In this document: positions 1-11,854 of the stretch, in pieces
Layout of the letters: each line of letters begins with the position of its first letter
Position numbering within the stretch: position 1 is the first letter of the stretch
Assembly: GCA_045126855.1 (NCBI GenBank)
Contig: JBGVPG010000008.1
Location: 66,158-130,157 of the forward strand
Direction of reading: 5' to 3'
Source of the DNA: Eubacteriales bacterium
GTDB taxonomy: Bacteria; Bacillota; Clostridia; Oscillospirales; CAG-272
DNA: 64,000 nucleotides
Program-made: the position numbers and the translations under genes
Notes under the pieces: generated by a model
What the model was told of the DNA's origin: nothing
Database searches by the model: none
Seen by the model: only the letters and a program-made list of their open reading frames with translations

Positions 1-62
1 ATAAGCAGTATTCCGAAATTCATAAAAGCAAAGGTTTTAAAATTTGGAAGTATTTTTTTCAT
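1..62 (-). CDS. 5' end of an unidentified gene running off the window (MKKILPNFKTFAFMNFGILL...)
   Basis: ATG (RC of 60-62) downstream of GGAGG (RC of 68-72); hydrophobic N-terminus; open to window edge. Confidence 0.4.
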   Translation of the reverse strand, partial: MKKILPNFKTFAFMNFGILL

Positions 63-141
63 TTTAACCTCCGTCAAAATGGTAATTATCTAAAATAATT
101 ATACTCTAAAAAATCCAAATGTCAATCCCCAAATAAATACA

Positions 142-2213
<2,072 letters not shown>

Positions 2214-2221
2214 TAAAACAA

Positions 2222-2248
2222 GGCAGAGATGTTTAATCTCTGCCTTTT
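2222..2248. terminator. bidirectional intrinsic terminator between convergent ligA and pseudouridine synthase gene
   Basis: GGCAGAGAT / ATCTCTGCC stem (2222-2230 / 2236-2244), 5-nt loop, T-run. Confidence 0.7.
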
Positions 2249-3074
2249 ATGCTTTTATGGTTATGACTTCGCCGCTTCTCGGATGGGGGAATGAGATCTC
2301 CTTGCAACGGAGAAAATATTCCTTCTCTGAGGGCGTTCCGTAGAGGTAATCCGACACCAGCGGATGACCTATATGTGCCATGTGAACTCTTATCTGATGT
2401 GTTCTTCCTGTAAGCAAACGAAGCTCGCAAAGGCAGCTGTCGGAATACTCCTCCACAACGCTGTATTCGGTAATTGCATGCTTTCCGCCAGCCATTACTG
2501 CACGCTTGAGATTGCCTTCCTCGATTCGGTCGATAGGCGCATCAATCACACCGCTTTTCGGTGAGGGAACACCCGACACTAGGGCGTGATATTTCTTGCT
2601 CCATAGACCTTTTTTCATAGAGGCCGAAAGCATACCTGCGCTGAATTGATTTTTTGCAATAATAACGATGCCTGAGGTATCTCGGTCAAGGCGGTTTACC
2701 GAGCGGAAGGTAAAGTCTCCGCCGTAGTAGCCCATAACCCCATTGGCAAGGGTAGGGAGATTGTTGCCCTTGGACGGATGAGTCGGCATATTGGTCGGCT
2801 TGTCCACCGCTAGAAGGTCGTCGTCCTCGTATAAAACGGTGAGAGGAATATCCATTGGCGGTATTCCGTCGCTTACACCTTCGTCGGCAAATATTTCAAT
2901 TAAATCGCCCCGATTAACCAAGGCGCGTACGGTGACGGCAGTGCCGTTCAGATGTATGCCCCCGTACTTGGCTTTCTTTATCAGCGTTACCGAGATACCC
3001 CTGCGGCGCAGGTAATCCTTCATCGTGATGGGAAATTCTCCCTCGGCAGCCCTTTCACAAAACAGTTTTTTCAT
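2247..3074 (-). CDS. RluA-family pseudouridine synthase
   Basis: 275 aa; S4-like N-terminus, catalytic motif NRLDRDTSG, HQIRVH motif. Confidence 0.9.
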   Translation of the reverse strand: MKKLFCERAAEGEFPITMKDYLRRRGISVTLIKKAKYGGIHLNGTAVTVRALVNRGDLIEIFADEGVSDGIPPMDIPLTVLYEDDDLLAVDKPTNMPTHPSKGNNLPTLANGVMGYYGGDFTFRSVNRLDRDTSGIVIIAKNQFSAGMLSASMKKGLWSKKYHALVSGVPSPKSGVIDAPIDRIEEGNLKRAVMAGGKHAITEYSVVEEYSDSCLCELRLLTGRTHQIRVHMAHIGHPLVSDYLYGTPSEKEYFLRCKEISFPHPRSGEVITIKA

Positions 3075-3131
3075 GCCATCATTATATCACTCGTAGGTCA
3101 TAATGTCAAGCAATACTTACATTTTTAAATC

Positions 3132-3160
3132 TTGACAAATCAAAATAATAATGATATAAT
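3132..3160 (+). promoter_or_regulatory. sigma-A type promoter of topoisomerase subunit gene
   Basis: TTGACA 3132-3137, 17-nt spacer, TATAAT 3155-3160 with upstream TG. Confidence 0.55.
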
Positions 3161-3191
3161 GTACTTTGGAAAATAATGTGGAGGAAATAAA

Positions 3192-5186
3192 GTGGCAACG
3201 AAAATAGTAAAAAAAGACTATGACGACCAAAGTATAAAAAGCCTGAAGGGTGCGGACAGAGTAAGAAAAAGACCTGCCGTTATCTTCGGCTCTGACGACC
3301 TTATCGGCTGTCAGCATTCCTTTATTGAAATACTTGCGAACTCTGTTGACGAGGCAAGAGAAGGCTTCGGCGATAAGATTATTGTAAAAAAATATCAGGA
3401 CCTTTCTATTGAGGTTGAGGACTTCGGCCGTGGCGTTCCTCTCGGATATAACGAGAAGGAGAAGCGCTGGAACTGGGAGCTTGTATTCTGCGAGCTTTAC
3501 GCAGGCGGAAAGTACGACAACAACGATGGAAATTCGGCATACGAATTTTCTCTCGGTCTTAACGGTCTCGGCGCAACCGCAACACAGTATTCCTCGGAGT
3601 ATATGAACGTCAGGTCCTTTAACGGAAAGACTCTCTCGGAGATCAACTTCAAGAGCGGTAACGTTAAGGGTAAGCTTGAGGTCAGCGATATTCAGCAGGG
3701 GATGAAAAAGCGCGGAACTATCATCAGATGGCGTCCCGACCTGAAGGTGTTTAAGGAAATCGATATTCCCGTTGAATTTCTCTCGGCAACACTCCGCCGC
3801 CAGGCATTCGTAAACGCAGGCATCAGATTCATCCTTGAGGTTGAAAATGAGAAGGGGAAGTTTGAGAGGACCGAATACTACTACGAAAAGGGCGTTGCGG
3901 ATTATATCGCCGAAATTACCGAGGGTATTGCGGTGACTCAGCCCGTTCTCTGGAGCTTCGAGACCCAGGGACGAGACCGTGAGGACCTTCCCGAGTATAA
4001 GGTCAAGGCGGAGATCACCTTCTGCTTTGCCAAGACGGGTATGACGGAGTATTACCATAACTCATCCTTCCTTGAATATGGTGGCGCACCTGATAAGGCG
4101 GTTAAAAATGCTTTCACATACGCCATAGACAAGTACATAAAGGGACATAATAAGTATACCAAAAACGAGTCGAAGATTTCCTTTGCGGATATCGCCGACA
4201 ACCTTGCGGTAATAGTTAACTCGGCATCTACTCAGACCTCCTACGAGAACCAGACGAAAAAGGCTATAACCAACGCCTTTATTCAGAAGGCTCTTACAGA
4301 TTTTATCAAGACAAATCTTGAGATCTATCTCACCGAGAATGCTACCAGCGCCAACACCATAGTGAATCAGGTGCTTGTAAATAAGCGCGCGAGGGAGTCT
4401 GCGGAAAAGACGAAGATCGATATCAAGAAGAAGCTTACGGGAACAATGGACGTTTCCAACCGTGTTGAAAAGTTCGTTCCTTGCCGCTCTAAGGACCCCG
4501 AAATCCGTGAGGTCTACATAGTAGAGGGTGACTCGGCTATGTCCAGCTGTAAGCTCGGCAGAAACGCTGAGTTCCAGGCTATCATCCCCGTAAGAGGTAA
4601 GACCCTTAACTGTATGAAGTCCAGCTATGATAAGATCTTTGCCAGCGATATTATCGTTGATCTTCTGAAGGTAATCGGCTGCGGAGTTGAGGTTAAGACG
4701 GGCAAGAAGTCCGAGCTTACCACCTTCAATTACGACCTTTTAAAGTGGAATAAGATAATCATCTGTACCGATGCTGACGAAGACGGCTTCCAGATCAGAA
4801 CCCTTCTTCTCACCATGTTCTACAGACTTCTTCCCACTCTTATCGAGAAGGGTAAGATATTTATTGCCGAGTCTCCTCTGTTTGAGATCACCTCCGGTGG
4901 CGAAACTTATTTCGCTTATAATGAGTTTGAAAAGGCGGAGATTTTGGCAAAGCTTGGCAACAAAAAATATACTCTCCAGCGATCAAAGGGACTTGGTGAG
5001 AACGAGCCTGATATGATGTGGCGTACCACCATGTGTCCCCAGACACGAAGACTCGTTGCCGTTACCCCCACCGATGCGGAGGAGACGGCGAGAATGTTTG
5101 ATATTCTACTTGGCGACGCCCTTCAGGAGAGAAAGAAATTTATAACCGATTACGGTCATCTTTACATCAAAGATGCAGATATTTAA
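3192..5186 (+). CDS. type IIA DNA topoisomerase subunit B (GyrB/ParE family; which one is unresolved)
   Basis: 664 aa, GTG start after GGAGG; GHKL ATPase (EILANSVDEA, GLNGLGA), Toprim (EGDSA, DADEDG), C-terminal QRSKGLGE. Confidence 0.85.
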   Translation: MATKIVKKDYDDQSIKSLKGADRVRKRPAVIFGSDDLIGCQHSFIEILANSVDEAREGFGDKIIVKKYQDLSIEVEDFGRGVPLGYNEKEKRWNWELVFCELYAGGKYDNNDGNSAYEFSLGLNGLGATATQYSSEYMNVRSFNGKTLSEINFKSGNVKGKLEVSDIQQGMKKRGTIIRWRPDLKVFKEIDIPVEFLSATLRRQAFVNAGIRFILEVENEKGKFERTEYYYEKGVADYIAEITEGIAVTQPVLWSFETQGRDREDLPEYKVKAEITFCFAKTGMTEYYHNSSFLEYGGAPDKAVKNAFTYAIDKYIKGHNKYTKNESKISFADIADNLAVIVNSASTQTSYENQTKKAITNAFIQKALTDFIKTNLEIYLTENATSANTIVNQVLVNKRARESAEKTKIDIKKKLTGTMDVSNRVEKFVPCRSKDPEIREVYIVEGDSAMSSCKLGRNAEFQAIIPVRGKTLNCMKSSYDKIFASDIIVDLLKVIGCGVEVKTGKKSELTTFNYDLLKWNKIIICTDADEDGFQIRTLLLTMFYRLLPTLIEKGKIFIAESPLFEITSGGETYFAYNEFEKAEILAKLGNKKYTLQRSKGLGENEPDMMWRTTMCPQTRRLVAVTPTDAEETARMFDILLGDALQERKKFITDYGHLYIKDADI

Positions 5187-5216
5187 GTAATAATTCAAGG
5201 CAGAAAGGCAAAATAT

Positions 5217-6872
5217 ATGGCAACTCTTAATAAATCCACAAAATTCAAGGGTATTGACGGACCCCTTCTTACTATTGTAATGGACGGTGTTGGTATTGCT
5301 CCCGACAACGGTGCAAACGCTGTTGCGGCAGCTCACACTCCCACTCTTGACAGACTTCTCAGAGACTATCCCAACGTTGCGATCAAGGCACACGGAACTG
5401 CCGTCGGTCTTCCCAGCGACGACGATATGGGTAACTCCGAGGTTGGACATAACGCCCTTGGCTCAGGTCAGGTATTTGCACAGGGTGCAAAGCTTGTTTC
5501 CCAGTCTATTGAGTCGGGCAAGATCTTTACCTCCGACACCTGGCAGACCCTCGTTGGCGGAGTTAAGGCAAACAACTCCACCCTTCATTTCCTCGGTCTC
5601 TTCTCCGACGGTAACGTTCACTCTCATATAGACCACCTTACCGCACTTATCAACCGTGCCAAGGAGGAGGGTGTTAAGAGAGTTAGAATTCATATTCTTC
5701 TTGACGGACGTGACGTTGGTGAGACCAGCGCTCTTGATTATGTTCTTCCTTTCGAGGACTTTCTCTCCTCCCTCCGTTCCGACGATTTTGATATTGCGAT
5801 CGCATCGGGCGGTGGCAGAATGCAGATCACCATGGACAGATACGAGGCTAACTGGGCAATGGTTGACGCCGGTTGGAAGACTCACGTTCTCGGCGAGGGC
5901 AGACATTTCGCTTCCGCAGAGGAGGCTATCACCGCTTACAGAGCAGAGTACAAGGTTATTGACCAGGATCTTCCTCCCTTTGTAATCGCAAAGGACGGTC
6001 AGCCCGTAGGTACTATCGAGGACGGCGACAGCGTTATCTTCTTCAACTTCCGTGGCGACAGATCTATTGAGATCTCAAAGGCATTTGAGAGCGGTGCTGA
6101 TTTCGATAAATTTGACAGAAAGCGTGTTCCTGCCGTTCTTTACGCAGGTATGCTTGAGTATGACGGCGACCTTCACATTCCCAGCCGTTATCTCGTTTCT
6201 CCTCCCGAGATCACCAACACTATGACAGAGTATCTCGTTGGCGCAGGCGTTAAGTCCCTTGCAATTTCCGAGACACAGAAGTACGGCCATGTAACCTATT
6301 TCTGGAACGGTAACAAGTCCGGTAAGTTCTCCGAGGAGCTTGAGACCTATATTGAGATCCCCTCCGACGTCGTTCCCTTTGAGGAGAGACCCTGGATGAA
6401 GTGCGCTGAGATCACCGATAAGCTTATCGAGTGCCTCAGAAGCGGAGAGTATAAGTATCTCCGTGTTAATTTCCCCAACGGTGATATGGTTGGTCACACA
6501 GGCTCCTTCCTTGCAACCGAGTGCTCTATGGAGGCTCTTGACCTTCAGCTTGCGAGAATTCTCAAGGTTGTAGACGAGCTTCACGGTGTAGCTCTCATCA
6601 CCGCAGACCACGGCAACGCTGATGAAATGTACGAGATTGACAAGAAGAGCGGCGCTCCCAAGGCGAATAAGGACGGCTCCTTCAAGGCTAAGACCAGCCA
6701 CACACTCAACCCCGTTCCCTTCATCGTGTACGACAACTTCTATTCCGATAATTACGACTTAAAGCAGGGCAGAGCTGATTTTGGACTTTCCAACGTAGCA
6801 GCTACTACCGTAAATATGCTTGGATACGATGCCCCCGATATGTGGGACGAAAGCATGATTTCACTGAAGTAA
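5217..6872 (+). CDS. gpmI: 2,3-bisphosphoglycerate-independent phosphoglycerate mutase
   Basis: 551 aa; phosphoserine motif GNSEVGH, DGRD, ADHGNA metal-binding motifs. Confidence 0.9.
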   Translation: MATLNKSTKFKGIDGPLLTIVMDGVGIAPDNGANAVAAAHTPTLDRLLRDYPNVAIKAHGTAVGLPSDDDMGNSEVGHNALGSGQVFAQGAKLVSQSIESGKIFTSDTWQTLVGGVKANNSTLHFLGLFSDGNVHSHIDHLTALINRAKEEGVKRVRIHILLDGRDVGETSALDYVLPFEDFLSSLRSDDFDIAIASGGGRMQITMDRYEANWAMVDAGWKTHVLGEGRHFASAEEAITAYRAEYKVIDQDLPPFVIAKDGQPVGTIEDGDSVIFFNFRGDRSIEISKAFESGADFDKFDRKRVPAVLYAGMLEYDGDLHIPSRYLVSPPEITNTMTEYLVGAGVKSLAISETQKYGHVTYFWNGNKSGKFSEELETYIEIPSDVVPFEERPWMKCAEITDKLIECLRSGEYKYLRVNFPNGDMVGHTGSFLATECSMEALDLQLARILKVVDELHGVALITADHGNADEMYEIDKKSGAPKANKDGSFKAKTSHTLNPVPFIVYDNFYSDNYDLKQGRADFGLSNVAATTVNMLGYDAPDMWDESMISLK

Positions 6873-6926
6873 TTTGACGTCAACGGTGGCGATTTTTCGT
6901 GCGCTCACCCCCGAAAGCTATAATCT

Positions 6927-8153
6927 ATGAATACCCAAAAGAAAAAATCCTACAGAGAACCGAATCCATTTATATTCGGTACTGCAAGACTTATTTCAAG
7001 AGTTCTATGTAAGCTTGTTTTTAACGTAAAAATCCTTAGAAACGAGCTTCGCGGTAAAACGGGAAGATGCGTTATTATAGCAAATCACGAGTCTATAATC
7101 GACGTTCTTCCTGCCTTTACCGTCGTTCCCGATAAAACGCATTTCGTCGTCAGTAAGGCGATGATGCAGTCTATGCCCATTGCTCCTCTTATGGAGATGT
7201 GCGGTGCTATCGGCAAAAACCAGTTCCAGACCAGCGCACTTGATATGCGCAGGATGAAAACCGTACTTGACCACGACGAACCCCTGATGCTCTATCCCGC
7301 AGGTCTTATGACCGAGAGCGGCGCATCCACACCCATTCCCGTGGCGACCGCCAAGGTGCTCAAATGGTTCAAGTCGGATATCTACGTATCCCGTGTTTCC
7401 GGCACATATCTTACCAACCCCAAGTGGGCGAAGGTAAAGCGTCGTGGACAGATCACTATCGACCTTTATAAGCTCGCCTCCAAGGAGGAGTTTGAGGCGC
7501 TTTCAGATGAGGAGGCTGCAGCTCTTGTGGAGGAGCATCTCTCCTTTGATGCGTACAGACAGAATGACGAGGAGCGTGTCCCCTTCAAAAACGGTGATAA
7601 CGTGGAGGGCCTTGACTACGTTCTCTATAAATGTCCGGTCTGTGGGCAGGAATTCTCAATTATTGCCAGAGGCAAGAACAAGCTTTATTGCGAGTCCTGC
7701 GGATACACCGTTAAGAGCGACGTTTACGGTATGCTATCACTTCTTGGCGGTGGCGATGCCGTATTCAAGTATCCCAGCGATTGGTATAAATACATAGAGG
7801 ACTCGGTATACGATTTCGTAAAGGAGCATCCTAATTTCCATTACGAAACTCATGCCGAGATTCGTGTTATCAACGAGAAAAAGCATAAATACGAAACCGT
7901 TGGATTCGGTATGATATCCTTCAATTTCAATAAGTTTGTTATGAAGGGAACGTATATGGGAGAGGATTTCACCGAGGAAATTCCTACCTCTGCCTTTCCG
8001 ATTCTTCCGTTCCGTCCCGGTGCATATTTTGAGATCCAGCACGGCGAGCAGATTTACCGCATCATACCCGACAATCCTGATATAGTTATGAAGTGGATAC
8101 TTACTCTTAAAGCCACCTTCAGAATTAAACAGGAGAAGGCTTTGCAAGAATAA
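6927..8153 (+). CDS. PlsC-type acyltransferase with zinc ribbon and extra C-terminal domain
   Basis: 408 aa; HX4D motif NHESIID, YPAG block; CPVCG...CESCG ribbon near residue 235. Confidence 0.7.
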   Translation: MNTQKKKSYREPNPFIFGTARLISRVLCKLVFNVKILRNELRGKTGRCVIIANHESIIDVLPAFTVVPDKTHFVVSKAMMQSMPIAPLMEMCGAIGKNQFQTSALDMRRMKTVLDHDEPLMLYPAGLMTESGASTPIPVATAKVLKWFKSDIYVSRVSGTYLTNPKWAKVKRRGQITIDLYKLASKEEFEALSDEEAAALVEEHLSFDAYRQNDEERVPFKNGDNVEGLDYVLYKCPVCGQEFSIIARGKNKLYCESCGYTVKSDVYGMLSLLGGGDAVFKYPSDWYKYIEDSVYDFVKEHPNFHYETHAEIRVINEKKHKYETVGFGMISFNFNKFVMKGTYMGEDFTEEIPTSAFPILPFRPGAYFEIQHGEQIYRIIPDNPDIVMKWILTLKATFRIKQEKALQE

Positions 8154-8168
8154 ACCAAGAATAAACAA

Positions 8169-8202
8169 AGGGGCTGTCTCACCAAATGTGACATCCCCTT
8201 TT
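8169..8202 (+). terminator. intrinsic terminator after acyltransferase gene
   Basis: AGGGGCTGTC / GACATCCCCT stem (1 mismatch) followed by TTTT. Confidence 0.6.
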
Positions 8203-8215
8203 CCATATATTGCAT

Positions 8216-8244
8216 TTGACTTTTCCTCCCAAATATGGTATACT
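8216..8244 (+). promoter_or_regulatory. sigma-A type promoter of LysM-CAP gene
   Basis: TTGACT 8216-8221, 17-nt spacer, TATACT 8239-8244. Confidence 0.5.
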
Positions 8245-8375
8245 TAATGCGTAAGAAATTTGGGTGGCACGTCGCTTTTCGGCGACGGCTTTTTGTTTCC
8301 GAGGAAAGAGGGAGGTGACTCACGGTCGCGTCGGAATAATGTCCGACAAAACAGAAAGAAAGAGAGGAAAACATA

Positions 8376-8984
8376 TTGAAAAAAATATTAAGCATTATTT
8401 TAGTAACGGTTATGCTTCTTGCCGCTTTTGCAACGGAGGCGTTTGCCGCTACTACCCACAAGGTGGAGAAGGGAGATAGCCTTTGGAGGATCGCCGTGAA
8501 ATATCAGGTTGGCCTCAGCGAAATAAAGGCGGCAAATCCTACGATTAAAAACTATGATCTGATCTATCCCGGTCAGATTATTATTATCCCGACAGTAGAC
8601 AGCACGGTAACTGCCTATGAAAAAGAGGTTGTGAGATTGGTTAATGAGATCAGGAGGGAAAACGGCCTGAAGCCTCTTACTATGGATTGGCAGCTTTCAA
8701 GGGTCGCAAGATATAAATCACAGGACATGTCAGACCTCGGATACTTCTCGCATACAAGCCCCACCTATGGCTCGCCCTTTGAAATGATGAGGAGCTTTGG
8801 CATAAGCTATCGCACGGCAGGGGAGAATATTGCGAAGGGTTACAGAACTGCAGAGGCTGTCGTAAACGGTTGGATGAACTCCCCGGGACATAGGGCAAAT
8901 ATACTGAATTCAACATACACTCACATAGGCGTCGGTTACGTTTCACAGGGCAATTACTGGACGCAGATGTTTATAAGTAAATAA
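8376..8984 (+). CDS. secreted LysM + CAP/SCP (YkwD-like) domain protein
   Basis: 202 aa, TTG start; signal peptide; LysM (HKVEKGDSLWRIAVKY...YPGQIIIIP); CAP motifs GENIA, GWMNSPGHRANIL. Confidence 0.8.
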   Translation: MKKILSIILVTVMLLAAFATEAFAATTHKVEKGDSLWRIAVKYQVGLSEIKAANPTIKNYDLIYPGQIIIIPTVDSTVTAYEKEVVRLVNEIRRENGLKPLTMDWQLSRVARYKSQDMSDLGYFSHTSPTYGSPFEMMRSFGISYRTAGENIAKGYRTAEAVVNGWMNSPGHRANILNSTYTHIGVGYVSQGNYWTQMFISK

Positions 8985-8990
8985 AAATCA

Positions 8991-9015
8991 AAGCCTCCGC
9001 TTGATGCGGAGGCTT
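8991..9015. terminator. bidirectional intrinsic terminator
   Basis: AAGCCTCCGC / GCGGAGGCTT stem, 5-nt loop, flanking A/T runs. Confidence 0.7.
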
Positions 9016-9038
9016 TCTGCTTTAAATTAAGTCCAACA

Positions 9039-9272
9039 TTATTTGGTTTTGAGCCCCATTATGTCCTCTTCCTTCCAGTTGTAAAGCATGGCAGGACACT
9101 GACCGCCTATCTGAATGGTATAGCTGACCTTGCCGTCTTCACCGACGAAGGCCTCATATATGTATCCAAAACAAAGGTCACCTCTGCGCTTGAAATTTAC
9201 GAAGTCGCCTTTCTTGTACTTTGCTATTTCAGGGTAGGTTTCCTTTTTCTTAAAAAGCTTATCAAAAAACAT
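9039..9272 (-). CDS. hypothetical small protein (77 aa)
   Basis: ORF with GGAGG-type RBS (aaaggaggtatacgatATG on minus strand); no motif recognised. Confidence 0.5.
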   Translation of the reverse strand: MFFDKLFKKKETYPEIAKYKKGDFVNFKRRGDLCFGYIYEAFVGEDGKVSYTIQIGGQCPAMLYNWKEEDIMGLKTK

Positions 9273-9329
9273 ATCGTATACCTCCTTTTCTTTATTTTAC
9301 CATACCGGTCGCAAAAAATCAATATGCGA

Positions 9330-9358
9330 TTGACAAACCTTCCACAAAATGATATAAT
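9330..9358 (+). promoter_or_regulatory. sigma-A type promoter of GH3 gene
   Basis: TTGACA 9330-9335, 17-nt spacer, TATAAT 9353-9358 with TG extension. Confidence 0.55.
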
Positions 9359-9394
9359 TTATCTATTAAAATAAGTAAAAAGCAGGGCAAAACA

Positions 9395-11824
9395 ATGATT
9401 AACGTTGATAAAATACTTAGCGAGCTGACGAGGGAGGAAAAGGTTTGCCTTCTCTCGGGCCACAAATCCTGGTTTACCAATAAGGTCTCCCGTGTCGGCC
9501 TTTCTCCGATCATGCTGACCGACGGACCCCACGGCCTCAGAAAAAAGCGGATGGATGATAAGCAGGCAGGCCTCGGTCAGACCGAGCCGTCAACCTGTTT
9601 TCCTGCGGCGTGCACAAGTGGCAGCACCTGGAATAAGGATCTGCTTTATAAATTGGGCGTCGCTATGGGCGAGGAATGCCGTTATTATGACGTAAATCTA
9701 ATTCTCGGTCCTGCCGTAAACATTAAGCGTAACCCCTTCTGCGGCAGAAATTTTGAGTATTTTTCCGAGGATCCTCATATTGCAGGTCAGCTTGGCGCTC
9801 GCCTCACTCGTGGAATTGAGGATATGGGCGTCGGCACCAGCGTGAAGCACTTTGCTTGCAATAATAACGAGGCTAACCGCTATTTCGGTGACTCTATCGT
9901 CGACGAGCGTGCCTACCGTGAGATATACCTCAAGGCGTTTGAGCCTATAATCAAGGAGGGCAGACCTCAGACGGTTATGTGTGCCTACAACAAGGTAAAC
10001 GGTGTCTACGCCTCCGAAAATCACCTACTTCTTACCGAGATCCTTCGAGATGATTGGGGCTTTGAGGGACTGGTTATGTCTGATTGGGGCGCGGTAAACG
10101 ATAGGGTAGAGGGACTCAAGGCAGGACTTGACCTTGAAATGCCGGGCGACGTCAGCTACAACCGACAGGTCATTCTCGATGCGTTGAACGATGGAAGCCT
10201 TGACGACGAAACTCTTGACAGAGCCGTTCGCCGAGTGCTGAATATGATCTACAACACCACCGTTAGTGCAGGTAAGCTGCCCGATAAATTTAACGATCAT
10301 TCCGAGCTTGCAAAGGCTATCAGCGCCGAGGGTGCGGTTCTTCTCAAAAATGAAGGCAAAATCCTTCCGCTTGACAATACGGCACAGTATTTGGTTGTTG
10401 GTGAGATGTTTAACAAAATGCGTTATCAGGGCGCAGGCTCTTCGCTTATTCGCCCCTATAAGCTCACCTCTCCCAAGGATGCCTTTGATGCCAACGGCAT
10501 CAGATACGAGTACTGCAAGGGCTATGACCTGGATTCCTTTGAAGCAGACGGTGAGCTTGTCAGTCGTGCAACCGAGCGTGCCGCAAGCTACGATACAATC
10601 CTGTTCTTTGGCGGTCTTTCGGAGGATGCCGAAAGCGAGGGCTTTGACAGAGAGACCCTTTCTTTACCCAAAAACCAGCTGGAGCTTCTTCTTGCGCTTG
10701 CAAAGAGTGGCAAGAAAATCGTCTTTGTGATGTACGGCGGCAGCCCCGTTGATATGAGCTTTGACCGCTCTGTTGACGCCATTCTTAATATGTATCTCCC
10801 CGGTCAGAGTGGCGGTGAAGCTACCCACGACCTTCTCTTTGGTAAGGCAAATCCCTCGGGCAGATTGGTTGAGACCTGGCCCGTGTCCTACGATGACGTT
10901 CCCTTCGGTGAGGAGTTCACCCTAACCACCAACGATAGATATAAGGAGAGCATTTTCGTCGGCTACCGTTATTACACGAGCTTTGATATGCCCGTGAAGT
11001 ATCCCTTCGGCTACGGCCTCTCCTACACCGATTTTGCATACAGTAATATGACCGCCGAGGTCAGCGATAATACGGTACACGTTGAGGTTGACGTCGAGAA
11101 CATAGGCGATCGTGACGGTGCTACTGTTCTGGAGATATTCGTCAATGCTCCAAAGAGCGAGGTTATTAAGCCTCTCAGAGAGCTTCGTGGCTTTGATAAG
11201 GTATATCTTTCGGCAGGCGAGAAAAAACGTGCCTCGGTGGATATCCCCGTGGATAGCCTTCGCTATTATATTGATGGTGACTGGCGACTTGAGGGCGGCG
11301 AATACACCTTCGAGCTCTGCCTGGATGCAAATACACCGATTATCTCTGCAAAGGCTCATATTGATAGCCACGAGCAGGTGAGGGAAAATGATATCTACAT
11401 CCAGCTTTACGGCTCTGACTATAAGAGATTTCTCTCTATCACCGACGAGGAATTTGACCGCCTTATAGGCAGGGAAATAGCCTCTCCCGAGGTGACACGC
11501 CCCTATGATCTCAACACCCCTATGCGTTCCTATCGCACGGTGGGAGGACGTATGCTCTTCGGTATGCTTAACTTCGCCTTCAAGACCGCATACAATATGG
11601 AGAAGCTGGGGAAGAATACTCCCGATAAGGAAACCCGTGTTAAGAATGCCTACTTTACCTGGAGGACAATTAACTCCATGAGTCTCAGATCGATCTGCTA
11701 TTGCAGTGAGGGCAGGCTTTCTCACCAGCTTGCAGTTTTCCTTCTCGATATTGCAAACAATCATCCCATAAGGGCCATTGGCAGGCTCTTTAAACCCGAG
11801 AAGAATATAAACCTTCCCGAATAA
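9395..11824 (+). CDS. glycoside hydrolase family 3 beta-glucosidase
   Basis: 809 aa; GH3 N-domain (LTDGPHGLR, KHFACNN), nucleophile block VMSDWGA, C-terminal beta-sandwich region. Confidence 0.9.
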   Translation: MINVDKILSELTREEKVCLLSGHKSWFTNKVSRVGLSPIMLTDGPHGLRKKRMDDKQAGLGQTEPSTCFPAACTSGSTWNKDLLYKLGVAMGEECRYYDVNLILGPAVNIKRNPFCGRNFEYFSEDPHIAGQLGARLTRGIEDMGVGTSVKHFACNNNEANRYFGDSIVDERAYREIYLKAFEPIIKEGRPQTVMCAYNKVNGVYASENHLLLTEILRDDWGFEGLVMSDWGAVNDRVEGLKAGLDLEMPGDVSYNRQVILDALNDGSLDDETLDRAVRRVLNMIYNTTVSAGKLPDKFNDHSELAKAISAEGAVLLKNEGKILPLDNTAQYLVVGEMFNKMRYQGAGSSLIRPYKLTSPKDAFDANGIRYEYCKGYDLDSFEADGELVSRATERAASYDTILFFGGLSEDAESEGFDRETLSLPKNQLELLLALAKSGKKIVFVMYGGSPVDMSFDRSVDAILNMYLPGQSGGEATHDLLFGKANPSGRLVETWPVSYDDVPFGEEFTLTTNDRYKESIFVGYRYYTSFDMPVKYPFGYGLSYTDFAYSNMTAEVSDNTVHVEVDVENIGDRDGATVLEIFVNAPKSEVIKPLRELRGFDKVYLSAGEKKRASVDIPVDSLRYYIDGDWRLEGGEYTFELCLDANTPIISAKAHIDSHEQVRENDIYIQLYGSDYKRFLSITDEEFDRLIGREIASPEVTRPYDLNTPMRSYRTVGGRMLFGMLNFAFKTAYNMEKLGKNTPDKETRVKNAYFTWRTINSMSLRSICYCSEGRLSHQLAVFLLDIANNHPIRAIGRLFKPEKNINLPE

Positions 11825-11830
11825 TAAAAA

Positions 11831-11854
11831 TGACCTAAGCCACGGCTTAGGTCA
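11831..11854. terminator. bidirectional terminator between GH3 and NUDIX genes
   Basis: TGACCTAAGC / GCTTAGGTCA stem, loop CACG; overlaps NUDIX stop codon. Confidence 0.65.

Noticed and set aside
8245-8375. c-di-AMP (ydaO-type) riboswitch upstream of the LysM/CAP gene
   Set aside because: The gene context would fit, but the leader lacks the conserved ydaO elements I can recall (GGGGA/ACGGGG blocks, pseudo-twofold symmetry) and is too short.
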